Shown: positions 40,341 through 50,244 of the stretch, piece by piece
Position numbering within the stretch: position 1 is the stretch's first letter
Layout: every line of letters begins with the position of its first letter
The notes under the pieces: generated by a model
What the model was told of the DNA's origin: nothing
The model's input: the letters and a program-made list of their open reading frames with translations, nothing else
Databases searched by the model: none
Position numbers and translations under genes: made by a program
Origin: a virus
Lineage: Duplodnaviria; Heunggongvirae; Uroviricota; Caudoviricetes
DNA: 64,000 nucleotides
Strand: one strand, 5' to 3'
IMG/VR virus record: IMGVR_UViG_3300033070_001087
Span: 16,177-80,176 of that record

Positions 40341-41247
40341 AGCGTCATAACTGTGTGAATTGCTGGAAGCCTAAGTGAAAATATGGTAATCAGCAGCCAA
40401 GTTAAATCGGGTTCAGAGACTATCGAAATCCTATGCCAATAGAGAAAGTAGAGTACAGCTTTATGCTGGAAGCGCACAGAGATTCTTTAAATAATTATCC
40501 TTTAATTTTTAGGATAATAAGATATTATTTTGTATATTTGTAATATGAAATTAAATATACAACATAAAGGAAAATCAGGAATTTATTGTATTAGAAATAT
40601 AATAAATAATAAAGTTTACATTGGAAAATCTATAAATATTTATTATAGACTAAAAAATCATATTGGAGCTTTAAATGGAAAAATTAGAAAACATGAAAAT
40701 GAATACTTAATTAATTCATGGTATAAATATGGTAAAGAAAACTTTGAATATTTTATATTAGAATATTTAGATAAAGAAGAAAGTATTTTATCAGAAAGAG
40801 AATTGTATTGGATTAATTACTATGATTCAATTAATCCTTCTAAAGGATATAATCTAAGATTAGATGTAAGTTCTAAGTGTATTGTCTCTACTTCAACTAG
40901 AGAAAAACTTAAAATAGCAACTAGTAAGAGATTTGAAAAATTAGAAGAAAGAGAAAAAGTTTCTAAGCATTTTAAAAATTTTTGGAAAAAAAATCCAGAT
41001 ATTTTAAGAGAAATGTCTAATAAAGTTTCGAAAGCAAAATGTAAATATAAAATTCTTCAATATACAAAAGAAATGGTTCTTATTAAAGAATATAATTCTG
41101 TTAAACAAATTATTGAAGAAAATCCCGATTACAAATGGCAAAATATATATTCTGTATGTAATGGTTATAAACCAACTATGTATGGATATATATGGAGAAA
41201 AGAATCTAAGATATAGTCCGATCCTATAGGAAACTGTAGAAAAATTG
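40341..41247 (+). mobile_element. group I intron (putative) in polB with GIY-YIG ORF
   Basis: Exon 1 can end in U40340 and the intron ends in G41247. GC-richer structured 5' segment with cAGAGACUAucg near 40412 and UAGUCC at 41215. Contains a same-strand GIY-YIG ORF. Confidence 0.45.
40530..41216 (+). CDS. GIY-YIG homing endonuclease (intron-encoded)
   Basis: SGIYCIRN...KVYIGKS...R...E...YNLR GIY-YIG core. Confidence 0.65.
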   Translation: MYICNMKLNIQHKGKSGIYCIRNIINNKVYIGKSINIYYRLKNHIGALNGKIRKHENEYLINSWYKYGKENFEYFILEYLDKEESILSERELYWINYYDSINPSKGYNLRLDVSSKCIVSTSTREKLKIATSKRFEKLEEREKVSKHFKNFWKKNPDILREMSNKVSKAKCKYKILQYTKEMVLIKEYNSVKQIIEENPDYKWQNIYSVCNGYKPTMYGYIWRKESKI

Positions 41248-42175
41248 TACATCATTTTATCCAAATTTAGCAATTCAAAACGATTTAAAACCTGCTCATT
41301 TAGGAGATTCTTTTACGAAAATATATAACAATATTTTTCAAGAAAGAAAAGGTATTCCAAAAACAGATCCAAGAAATTATGTATATAAAATTATTCTTAA
41401 TAGTACCTATGGATTAAGTAATGAAGAGAATTCTTACTTATATGATCCATTGTTTACTATGTCAATTACTATTAATGGTCAATTGAGTATCTTAATGTTA
41501 GTAGAAATGCTAACATTAGCTATTCCAGAAATTAAAATTTATCAAGAGAATACTGATGGTGTAACTATTGGATATGCTCCTGATAAGAAGCAGGTAGTAC
41601 ATGATATATGTAGAGAATGGGAAAAAATCACTAAATTAGAATTAGAGAATAACTTTTATAAACAAATGGTTATTATGGATGTTAACAATTATATTGCTGT
41701 TGATATTAAAGGAAAAATTAAAAGAAAAGGATTGTTTGAATATCAATTAGATTATCACAAAAACCATTCTTTTTTAATTGTAGCTAAAGCATTAGAAGCA
41801 TATTTTGTTAATGGTATAGACTATAAACAGTTTATCAAAAACCATAATAATTATTCAGATTTCTTTGGAGCTGTAAAAGGTAAAAGTGATTTTGAAATAA
41901 ATCTTTATTTTATTAAAAATAGAGAATTTATAAAAGAAAAACAACAAAAAGTATGCAGATACTATATATCAAATAAAGGTGGTAAACTTATTAAAGATTA
42001 TCATGATGGTAGACAAGTATCTGTAGAAGCTTCAAGTGTATGTAATATTATTAATGATATTAAAGGAATAGAATCTTTTGATATTAATTATAACTATTAC
42101 ATTAACGAAGTGCGAAAAATAATTAGCTTGATTGAGAAACCAAAAGTTATCCAAACAAGCTTAATATTTAATTAG
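41248..42175 (+). CDS. family B DNA polymerase, exon 2 (palm/thumb)
   Basis: The in-frame read upstream of the listed ORF gives SFYPNLAIQ...KIILNSTYGLS, which is motif B KxxxNSxYG. Motif C is YQENTDGV. A frame stop lies just upstream. Confidence 0.5.
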
Positions 42176-42179
42176 ATTA

Positions 42180-43061
42180 ATGAACGAAGAAGTAATTTTT
42201 TTAGAAAGAGAAGAAGCCAATGTCCATTTTACGGAATCATATGGTGCGAATAATGTAAGCGAATACTGTTTTCTTGACAAAGAGAACAAACCATTACACC
42301 CACAAGTGCGATGCAAAGATTATATTCAAGATTTATTTTGGACAACAAAACTCATTCAATCTACTAGCGACGAGAATGAGTTGCAAAAACTAAGGACAAA
42401 CCAAGTTTATGGTTTTAAACCTTGGCTTTACTGCGAAAGTTATCCATTTATAGATAGAGACTTTTACAGAGTTGGAATTAGGTTTAGAACTGAAGGGCAA
42501 AACTTCAGACAATATGATAATACGCACGTTGAGCTCGCTCAGCAATTAATCAGTCGTATTGAAACTGGTTTTGAATTTCCAATTTCTAAAGTTTCACTGA
42601 GTAATAGTGGAGAGGTATTAATATTTGAGTTTAGTTCTCGATGGACAACAACTCCGTATTTAGTATCTCTCTACCTACTCTTGATACGAATATTAAACAA
42701 AGCATCTATTGAGGAAATGAAAGCTATTGATAATTTTGAAGAATATTTATTAACATATCCAAATAAAAATAGTGGTAATGATGCTGTTAATTTAGCTGGT
42801 GCCTTATATTTATTAGAAAAATTATTTAAGGAGAAAGTGTTTCCTGAGCAAAAGTGGGAAGATTATAAGACCATCAATGATATTCATAATAACTCTGGTG
42901 TATCTTCTTTTTCTAAATTCTTAAAAAAAACTGAAGAATTAAAAGCTACTGGTGAGAAATCAATTCCACTACCACTAGCCCAAATGACAGAAGAGGAGTA
43001 CAATGAAGATGAAGAAGAATGGGAAGAAGAAAGCTGGGAAGAAGAAGATGATCTTATTTAG
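42180..43061 (+). CDS. hypothetical protein with acidic C-terminus
   Basis: 293 aa with a C-terminal Glu and Asp-rich tail. Confidence 0.35.
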   Translation: MNEEVIFLEREEANVHFTESYGANNVSEYCFLDKENKPLHPQVRCKDYIQDLFWTTKLIQSTSDENELQKLRTNQVYGFKPWLYCESYPFIDRDFYRVGIRFRTEGQNFRQYDNTHVELAQQLISRIETGFEFPISKVSLSNSGEVLIFEFSSRWTTTPYLVSLYLLLIRILNKASIEEMKAIDNFEEYLLTYPNKNSGNDAVNLAGALYLLEKLFKEKVFPEQKWEDYKTINDIHNNSGVSSFSKFLKKTEELKATGEKSIPLPLAQMTEEEYNEDEEEWEEESWEEEDDLI

Positions 43062-43091
43062 TAATTAAAATAAAATTTTTATCAATCTTTA

Positions 43092-44231
43092 TTGAGTAAA
43101 AATTTAAAAAGAGAAACTTTACAAAAAGAAGCATTGCAAGCTGTTTTAGATAATAATGGATCAGGTATTCTATGTTTAGCTACTGGTGTAGGTAAAAGTA
43201 AAATAGCAATTGATTATTGTCGATTACTTCATACTAAACTTAAAAAGAAACTCAAATGCCTACTTGTTGTACCTACTGAAAAGTTAAGAGATACTAATTG
43301 GGCAGATGAATTTTATAAGTGGAAGTCTAAAGTAATTTACACTGATTGTGTAGAAAGAACTTGTTATGCTTCTTTTAACAAATTTAAGAATCAAGAATAC
43401 GATTTAGTTATTCTTGATGAGTGTCATAGGAGCACTGAAAACAACTTTAAGTTCTTTAAAAACAATGTAGCTAAAAATATCTTAGGATTAACAGCTACAT
43501 ATCCAAAGGATGATATTAAGAAAGCCTTATTTGACGAGTTAAAATTAGATATAGTTTACACTGTATCTCTTGATAAAGCAGTTAAAGAAGGTGTAGTTGC
43601 ACCTTATAAGATAAAAGTTATTGAGTTATTTTTAGATGATAAAAATAAGTATATACAAGCAGGTAACAAAGAAAAGTCATTTATGACTACAGAATATGGA
43701 CAATATCAATATATCACTAATATGATACAGAAAATATTATATTCTGGAAGACCAGCTCCTCAATGGTTATTTTTAAAAAGAATGCATCTTATTTACAATT
43801 TAAAGTCTAAGACTGAAATTGCAAAAAAAGTTCTTGAATCAATTCCAGAGGATGATAGAACATTAATCTTTTGTGGTTCTATTTCTCAAGCAGAAGAACT
43901 CTGTAAGAAATCATATCATTCACAAACTGATGATAAGAATTTAACAGCTTTTTGTGACGAAAAAATTAACAAGCTATCCTGTGTAAATGCTCTAAATGAA
44001 GGAATTAATATTCCTAATTTAGATAATGCAGTAATTGTACAATTAAATTCAAATGAATTATCAACAATTCAAAGGATAGGTAGATGTATTAGATATCGAG
44101 AAGGTCATGAAGCAACAATTTATATTTTATCAGTAGTGCAAACACAAGATGAGAAATGGGTTAAAAAAGCTTTAGAAAATTTTGATTCAACTAATATTGA
44201 ATATCTTAGTTACAAGAACTATTTAAAATAA
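43092..44231 (+). CDS. SF2 DEAD/DEAH-box helicase
   Basis: Motif I ATGVGKS, motif II DECH, motif VI QRIGRCIR. Confidence 0.6.
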   Translation: MSKNLKRETLQKEALQAVLDNNGSGILCLATGVGKSKIAIDYCRLLHTKLKKKLKCLLVVPTEKLRDTNWADEFYKWKSKVIYTDCVERTCYASFNKFKNQEYDLVILDECHRSTENNFKFFKNNVAKNILGLTATYPKDDIKKALFDELKLDIVYTVSLDKAVKEGVVAPYKIKVIELFLDDKNKYIQAGNKEKSFMTTEYGQYQYITNMIQKILYSGRPAPQWLFLKRMHLIYNLKSKTEIAKKVLESIPEDDRTLIFCGSISQAEELCKKSYHSQTDDKNLTAFCDEKINKLSCVNALNEGINIPNLDNAVIVQLNSNELSTIQRIGRCIRYREGHEATIYILSVVQTQDEKWVKKALENFDSTNIEYLSYKNYLK

Positions 44232-44250
44232 AAATCTAAAAAAAAGATTT

Positions 44251-44880
44251 TTGGAAGAACTAAAAAAATTCCTATTAGACAGCGATTTGTCTATCGAGCA
44301 ATATTTTATACTTTCATTGTTAAATGAAGACATTAAATATCTCGAAAAATATCTTCTAAAAACGAAGAATAAAATCGATAAAGTAAGCGTATTTCAAGAT
44401 CTGTTACTTAAAGGGTTTATAACTCTTAAGGATATGGACGATGGATATATTTTGCACAATATAATCTTAACTAAAGATTTATCTCAGGTTTTTGATCTGG
44501 TTAGTCTTGGTGAGGATTATGTAAAACAAATTGAAACACCGAATAACGAGTTAGAGGAAAAGTGGAGAGAATTTATTACTCTTTATCCTAAATCCGTTAA
44601 TGGAAGACCTTTACATAACACAAAAGAAAAGAATAGACTGAAATATTTTAGATATTTAAAATCAGGGTTAAGTCATGAAGATGTTATGAAAGGCTTACAA
44701 GCGGAAATAGAAGCACGAAAAGGTGCTAAGTTAAGAGCTCAGTTTTTTCCAGAGTGGCAATTATTGTCTACCTATATCAACAACAAATCATGGGAGCAAT
44801 TTGTCGAACTGAAAGAAGATATAGATCAAAATAAAGGTCTAAATTTCGATTCTAATGGACGAATCACTCGAACTTTCTAA
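44251..44880 (+). CDS. hypothetical protein
   Basis: 209-aa ORF upstream of the helicase exon. Confidence 0.35.
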   Translation: MEELKKFLLDSDLSIEQYFILSLLNEDIKYLEKYLLKTKNKIDKVSVFQDLLLKGFITLKDMDDGYILHNIILTKDLSQVFDLVSLGEDYVKQIETPNNELEEKWREFITLYPKSVNGRPLHNTKEKNRLKYFRYLKSGLSHEDVMKGLQAEIEARKGAKLRAQFFPEWQLLSTYINNKSWEQFVELKEDIDQNKGLNFDSNGRITRTF

Positions 44881-45064
44881 GGAAAGTAATGATCAAATTA
44901 TTGAATTAGGTTTTCAGCCTATCTCTAAAGCCGTAGATCAGTGCTATGCAAACATCATAGCAGGAAAGAAAGGTGAGAGATTTGTATTTCCCACGAAATG
45001 GAAGAAACTAAATGGACTTTTACTTGGAGGTTTACAACCAGGTAAAATGTACGTTATAGCGGGT
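44855..45064 (+). CDS. DnaB-like (SF4) helicase, exon 1
   Basis: LNGLLLGGLQPGKMYVIAG, the start of the H1/Walker-A region. The ORF then runs into a stop inside the intron. Confidence 0.45.
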
Positions 45065-45903
45065 AAAGTTCTGCCCCTTTTGCTGGTAACAGCAATCGAA
45101 TAACTCAGAATATCGGTGAAACTCTTATGGTAAAGCAGAGAACAGACATGCGTACTTTTGCATGTCACTATTACAAGCTAGAAAAAGAAAAGTTAGTTAA
45201 GAATGGCAATAGTAGTTGTTGGGCAGGTCTAAGAAGATATGAGGTGGAAAAAAAGCCTGATGGAAATCTGAAATATAGTACTGGAAAGTATATAATGCAA
45301 GAAGATTATCAAGAAATTTACATTGATGAATTTGAGATGCCTAGAACTAAAGATCATATTGATAGATTAATAAAAATAGTAAATGAAATCACACCATGTG
45401 AAATTGTTACTATTGATAAAAAAAGGTATATTAAAGTTAAAATGTTAAAAACTTATGATCAATCTTTAGTTGTATTGAATTTTATTAGAAACTTATGGTA
45501 TGAACCAATACCATTTGCTACTAGTAGTAAAGATTATGAAGCAAAAGTTGGAGTTTATACTGATACTTTCTTTGAAATATTAAAGAAATCAAGGTTTAAA
45601 GATCCTCTTAAAAAGCTTACAAAAGCTAATAAAATAGCTTGTGAAAAAGCTGGAGCAAAAGGTTATTATGGTCACTCAAATTTCAACATAGCAGATAAGC
45701 TAAAAATTAAGGAGAAAGAACAACTTTTGAAATATAAAGGTGAATCTACTTCTGGATTCTTAACTACATAAGACAATACCGAGAGATAGGTTTATAATTT
45801 ATATAAACAAGCTCGTAACGACCACCAATGAGGTTCCTATTTATAGGAATAAGGTATGGCCTAGACTACAACAGAAATGGCTATGGTGACATAGAGTAGT
45901 AAG
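45065..45903 (+). mobile_element. group I intron (putative) inserted in P-loop codons of DnaB-like helicase
   Basis: Exon 1 ends in U45064 and the intron ends in G45903. Joining the exons gives VIAG-RPGSGKSAF, an intact Walker A. AGACUA at about 45863. An in-frame stop lies 3 codons upstream of exon 2. Confidence 0.45.
45127..45771 (+). CDS. intron-encoded ORF (possible homing endonuclease, family unrecognised)
   Basis: 214-aa ORF inside the putative intron. No GIY-YIG, HNH or LAGLIDADG motif. Has a TKDHID segment. Confidence 0.35.
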   Translation: MVKQRTDMRTFACHYYKLEKEKLVKNGNSSCWAGLRRYEVEKKPDGNLKYSTGKYIMQEDYQEIYIDEFEMPRTKDHIDRLIKIVNEITPCEIVTIDKKRYIKVKMLKTYDQSLVVLNFIRNLWYEPIPFATSSKDYEAKVGVYTDTFFEILKKSRFKDPLKKLTKANKIACEKAGAKGYYGHSNFNIADKLKIKEKEQLLKYKGESTSGFLTT

Positions 45904-46644
45904 AGACCAGGTAGTGGGAAAAGTGCATTTTCAAATAAAATGCTTTTCGATTTACTGGATCACCCAAAGAACCAAGGAAGATTAATAGTCTTATATTGGT
46001 CATTTGAGATGCCAGGATATCAACAACTTATGAGGATTGGCTCTTCAAATGTAGGTAAAAAGATGTCGGATTTACTATCAGTAGATAGTGAATTTCAAGA
46101 CTGTCATCTTGAAGAGTTTATAAAAACAATGAATCCTTATAAAAAGTATCCAATCTATTTTAATAATAATGCAAAAGATATAGCTTATGTTAACAAGATA
46201 ACAAGAAGAGTAGCTGCTTTGAATCCAAATAAGATTATCATAAATCTATTTGACCATTCAAGATTATTCAAAAAAAAGAGAGAGGAGTCTGAACTCCAAA
46301 TGTTAACTGAATTATCTCATACTTGTATTGAATTACAACAACAAACAGAATGTATAACTATTCTTTTATCACAACTTAATAGAAATATTGAAAGTAATGA
46401 AAGAGCAGCTAACTTATATCAGCCAATGTTGTCTGATTTATTTGGTTCAGATAGTATAGGTCATGATGCTCATGTTGTAATGATTATTAACAGACCATAT
46501 GATATGTATAATATAACAGCACCTTATTGTGGACATAATCCAAAAGGTTTATTGGCAATACATATGGAAAAAAATAGAGATGGAGAACTCGGCATGTTGC
46601 CTTTTGAAGCAAACATGTCAACTTTTACTATTAATGAACGATGA
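45904..46644 (+). CDS. DnaB-like (SF4) helicase, exon 2
   Basis: In-frame RPGSGKSAF lies before the listed Met. WSFEMPGYQQLMRI is the DnaB FSLEMS motif. Later RecA-fold motifs are present. Confidence 0.5.
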   Translation, partial: RPGSGKSAFSNKMLFDLLDHPKNQGRLIVLYWSFEMPGYQQLMRIGSSNVGKKMSDLLSVDSEFQDCHLEEFIKTMNPYKKYPIYFNNNAKDIAYVNKITRRVAALNPNKIIINLFDHSRLFKKKREESELQMLTELSHTCIELQQQTECITILLSQLNRNIESNERAANLYQPMLSDLFGSDSIGHDAHVVMIINRPYDMYNITAPYCGHNPKGLLAIHMEKNRDGELGMLPFEANMSTFTINER

Positions 46645-47138
46645 CCAAACGATTATTTATTGATCTCGAAACAACAGGACTAGATAATAAGAATGACCAA
46701 ATTATTGAATTTGGTTATATCTATAAGGTTGGAAAAGTAATCAAGAAAAGAGGTCTTATTAAAGTACAAATTGGGGAGAACATTTATCCTGAGATAATTA
46801 AACTTTTAAATACTTTAGTTGATAGATTCAACAAAGAAGATAAGTTATATTTCTTAGCATATAATGCTCATTTTGATACTGATTTTATAAGAGAACTCTT
46901 CTTGAAAAATGGAAATAAATTCTTTGGTTCATACTTTTATACACCTTCAATTGATATTATGCAAATAGTGGCAGATCGATTAATGAGTAATAAAGTAAGA
47001 CCGGAAAATTTCAAACTTAATACAATATGTAAGTATTACAAAGTTCCTGTTATCGAGAACAAACTTCATAGTGCTGATTATGATATCGATATAACACATC
47101 AGTTGTATACGAAGCTAAAAGCAAAGAAGAAAAACTAG
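46641..47138 (+). CDS. DnaQ-like 3'-5' exonuclease (DEDD family)
   Basis: Exo I FIDLETTGL, Exo II YNAHFDTDF, Exo III HSADYD. Confidence 0.6.
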   Translation: MTKRLFIDLETTGLDNKNDQIIEFGYIYKVGKVIKKRGLIKVQIGENIYPEIIKLLNTLVDRFNKEDKLYFLAYNAHFDTDFIRELFLKNGNKFFGSYFYTPSIDIMQIVADRLMSNKVRPENFKLNTICKYYKVPVIENKLHSADYDIDITHQLYTKLKAKKKN

Positions 47139-47201
47139 AAGAGTCCCAGAAGGGTAGTTCTCTATTAGTTATTAAAACGAAAAAGTAAATCAAACCGTAA
47201 T

Positions 47202-47966
47202 TTGATATTACCAACACAAAAAGTAAAAGCAGAGATACAGAGTCCTGAAACACTAGTTGTTTATGGACCACCTAAGATTGGGAAAACAACTTTATTAGCT
47301 ACATTGGATAATTTTCTTATACTCGATTTCGAGAAAGGAACTAAAAAAATTGACTCATTAAAGTTGGAGATAAACGATTTAAAAGAATTGAAAGAAGCAG
47401 GTACAGAAATAGTTAAGGCAGGGTTACCTTATAAAGGAACAATAACTGATACAGTAACCGCACTGGAAGAATGGTGTGAATGGGCTGCAACCGAAGACTA
47501 TATGAACAGTACTATGGGTAAAGCATTTAATACTAAACAAGGTCAGGTTTTACCAAGATCTGAATGGAAAAGTGTTTTAACTTTATCAAATGGTGCAGGA
47601 TATTTGTGGCATAGAAATTCTTTTAAAGATTGGATTACAAAGATAAATAGGTTAGCAAAGTACAAAATTCATGTTGCACATGTTAAAGACATTTTTTTAG
47701 AAAAAGATAACGAAATGGTATCTTCTAAGGACTTAGATTTAATAGGTAAAGATAAGAATATATTGTGTGCTAATGCTGATGCAATTGGATATATTTATCG
47801 TAATCCAAAAGCTCCATTAGAGCTTCGAATATCTTTTAAAAACCATAATCAAGATTTAGTTGGTTCCAGATGTCAACATCTAAGGAATCAGGATTTTGTA
47901 TTAGCTGTAAACAATGAGGATGGCTCAATCAAAGAGGCATTCTGGAATAAAATCTATATTGACTAA
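47202..47966 (+). CDS. P-loop ATPase (RecA-like/AAA_24-type phage recombination-replication ATPase)
   Basis: Walker A VVYGPPKIGKTTL and Walker-B-like LILDFE. Confidence 0.45.
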   Translation: MILPTQKVKAEIQSPETLVVYGPPKIGKTTLLATLDNFLILDFEKGTKKIDSLKLEINDLKELKEAGTEIVKAGLPYKGTITDTVTALEEWCEWAATEDYMNSTMGKAFNTKQGQVLPRSEWKSVLTLSNGAGYLWHRNSFKDWITKINRLAKYKIHVAHVKDIFLEKDNEMVSSKDLDLIGKDKNILCANADAIGYIYRNPKAPLELRISFKNHNQDLVGSRCQHLRNQDFVLAVNNEDGSIKEAFWNKIYID

Positions 47967-47980
47967 CGAAAGTAAGGTTA

Positions 47981-48472
47981 ATGGAAGTAACAGCAATTGA
48001 AATGTCAGAGGAGTTAAGAAATCAATGCATGAGCATCTTTAAATATGTTAGAGATTGTTATGGCACTGAGGTTACCAAATCTATACTTTTCAGGGAATTT
48101 AACATTAGTGAAAACAACAAAGAGAAAATTTTTAAATTTTTAGAATCAAATGGTATTAAATTGATTAAAGGTTCTAAAGAACCACAAAAAAAAGCTTTAG
48201 GTAACAAAAAATTACCTAACTTTGATGATGATAATTCTTTTGGTTATAGTGGATTTAAACCACAAACTTATAATCCAAAAAAAGCTACTATTGTTTCAGA
48301 AGGTAAAATAACAGCTTCTAAATCTAATGCAAAATCTTTAGCAGACTCTATTATAAAGAGAACAGCTGAAGAAATGCAAAAGAAAAAAGAGCATGAAAAA
48401 AAAATACTTGAAGCTTTAAAACAAGTGTCTGTTCAAGGTTATTATGGAAAGGTTCGTAGTGGACAATTTTAA
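47981..48472 (+). CDS. hypothetical protein
   Basis: 163-aa ORF. Confidence 0.35.
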   Translation: MEVTAIEMSEELRNQCMSIFKYVRDCYGTEVTKSILFREFNISENNKEKIFKFLESNGIKLIKGSKEPQKKALGNKKLPNFDDDNSFGYSGFKPQTYNPKKATIVSEGKITASKSNAKSLADSIIKRTAEEMQKKKEHEKKILEALKQVSVQGYYGKVRSGQF

Positions 48473-48525
48473 TACCAATAGAGTCAGGTTAAAAGACTAT
48501 AAAACCAAAGTAACACAAACAATTA

Positions 48526-49071
48526 ATGTCATTAAATTTTAGCATTACAAAAGAAACAAAAGAAAACACAAGTAAAGGACTTTATCCTGTAAAGATTCAT
48601 GAAGGTGGTAATTTTATTACTGGAGCAGAATACAACGAAGAATTCGATTGTCTGGATATAACATTTGAAAATGATAGCTATAAGCATCGTGAAAGAATGT
48701 TTAATCCAACTAAGAATGTACCTACTTGGACTACACCAGAAAAACAATTAGCTGCTTTTCAATCAAGAATTGCACATTATTTACGAAGATTTATGGATAT
48801 TAACGAAAACAATCAAATTGAAGGAAACACCTTTAAAGAGATGTGTGAAAACGTTGCTATAGCTTTAAAAGAAAATGCAACAGGTAAACCTTTTTCATTA
48901 AAATTAGTTTATGATAAAGCATTTCAGTATCCACGTATTCCGAACTTAGGTCGTGTAATAGCAGTTGAAGGTGAGGAGCCATTATCGTATTCTAAATGGG
49001 AAAAAGAAAATGTACTTTTACCAGAAGTTTCATCTGCTCCATCTAACACAGATGCATCGGAATTGTTTTAA
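48526..49071 (+). CDS. hypothetical protein
   Basis: 181-aa ORF. Confidence 0.35.
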   Translation: MSLNFSITKETKENTSKGLYPVKIHEGGNFITGAEYNEEFDCLDITFENDSYKHRERMFNPTKNVPTWTTPEKQLAAFQSRIAHYLRRFMDINENNQIEGNTFKEMCENVAIALKENATGKPFSLKLVYDKAFQYPRIPNLGRVIAVEGEEPLSYSKWEKENVLLPEVSSAPSNTDASELF

Positions 49072-49111
49072 TTGTCTAATTTTAATTTAATTTTTTAAGC
49101 TAGTTAGGCTA

Positions 49112-49186
49112 GGGCGATTAGCTCAGGTGGTTAAGAGCCCTAGATTGTATCTGGGAGGTCACTGGTTCGAATCCGGTATGGTCCTA
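49112..49186 (+). tRNA. tRNA-Thr (anticodon TGT)
   Basis: Acceptor GGGCGAT/ATGGTCC with one G-G mismatch and one G-U. D-arm GCTC-AGGTGGTTAA-GAGC. Anticodon stem CCTAG/CTGGG, loop ATTGTAT. T-arm ACTGG-TTCGAAT-CCGGT. Confidence 0.45.
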
Positions 49187-49209
49187 GCTGACTAGTTTCA
49201 TTTTTTAGT

Positions 49210-50244
49210 ATGACTACATTTAATCTAAAAAATGTATCTAAAGAAGAACGAGAGTTGACTAAAGAGAATGTTTTAAAAAAAGTGTCTGAATTACAGATTT
49301 TCGAGTATTATTTTGAAAACAAAATAAATTTAAGAGATTCTTATACTAATCCTTTACGAGCTGATAGTTCACCAGGTTGTAAGTTTTTTATAGGTAGAAC
49401 AAATAAGTTGCTGTTTATCGATACATCAAGACAAAACTCAGTTAGAGATTGTTTTGGTTTTGTATGTGATAAGTATAATTGTAATTTAAGAATGGCTCTA
49501 CAGATAATTAACAGAGACTTTAAGCTTGGCTTTGAAGGGGAAGAATTAGGACATCTTGTTTATGACTTTTCTCAACCAACTCTTGATTACTTCGAAGAAC
49601 AAAAACAAGAGGAAAAAAAACTGTTATGTCTAAAGAGAGCCTTTAGATATGCAGACAAAAAATATTGGCAGCAATATGGAGCAGGCTTAGCAACACTAAA
49701 GAAATTTAATGTCGTACCTATTCAAACGGTATTCTATGATAATCGTATCTTATGGAGAGATTCAGAAGAAAACCCAATATATTGTTACAATTTTCCTAAT
49801 GAAAAGAAAAAGAAGATTTATCGTCCTTTAGAAAAGGATAAAAAATACAAGTTCATTAGTTCTTCTGGAATGGGAGGAATATATCAAGGATTTGATCAGT
49901 TACCTAAAAAAGGTGATTTACTTATTATTACAAAATCAATGAAAGATGTGATGACTTTACATGGATTTGGTTATCCAGCAATAGCACCTAACAGTGAAAA
50001 TTGTAGTATTCCACTTGATTTTTATGATAATTTGTTAGATAGATTTCGAGAAATTGTATTATTTTATGATAATGATGAAGCTGGTCTATTAGCAACAAGT
50101 CAAATATCTGAAGACTTAGATATGTCTTATATTCTTATACCTAAACAATACGGTGTAAAAGATATATCTGATTTCTTTAAAAAATATGGTCCTCAAGATA
50201 CAGAAACATTACTTGATGAACTATTGTATAAACCGTTCAAATGA
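49210..50244 (+). CDS. DNA primase (TOPRIM domain)
   Basis: TOPRIM acidic motif VLFYDNDEAG. Adjacent to other replication genes. Confidence 0.5.
   Translation: MTTFNLKNVSKEERELTKENVLKKVSELQIFEYYFENKINLRDSYTNPLRADSSPGCKFFIGRTNKLLFIDTSRQNSVRDCFGFVCDKYNCNLRMALQIINRDFKLGFEGEELGHLVYDFSQPTLDYFEEQKQEEKKLLCLKRAFRYADKKYWQQYGAGLATLKKFNVVPIQTVFYDNRILWRDSEENPIYCYNFPNEKKKKIYRPLEKDKKYKFISSSGMGGIYQGFDQLPKKGDLLIITKSMKDVMTLHGFGYPAIAPNSENCSIPLDFYDNLLDRFREIVLFYDNDEAGLLATSQISEDLDMSYILIPKQYGVKDISDFFKKYGPQDTETLLDELLYKPFK

Noticed and set aside
40351-40529. GC-rich segment after the polB exon 1 stop, considered as an independent small RNA or terminator
   Set aside because: It is better explained as the structured 5' core (P1-P7 region) of the putative group I intron that carries the GIY-YIG ORF.
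44251-44880. ORF 44251-44880 as the N-terminal domain of the DnaB-like helicase via frameshift
   Set aside because: No recognisable DnaB N-terminal helical-domain motifs. The overlap with the helicase exon is only 26 nt. Kept as a separate hypothetical gene.
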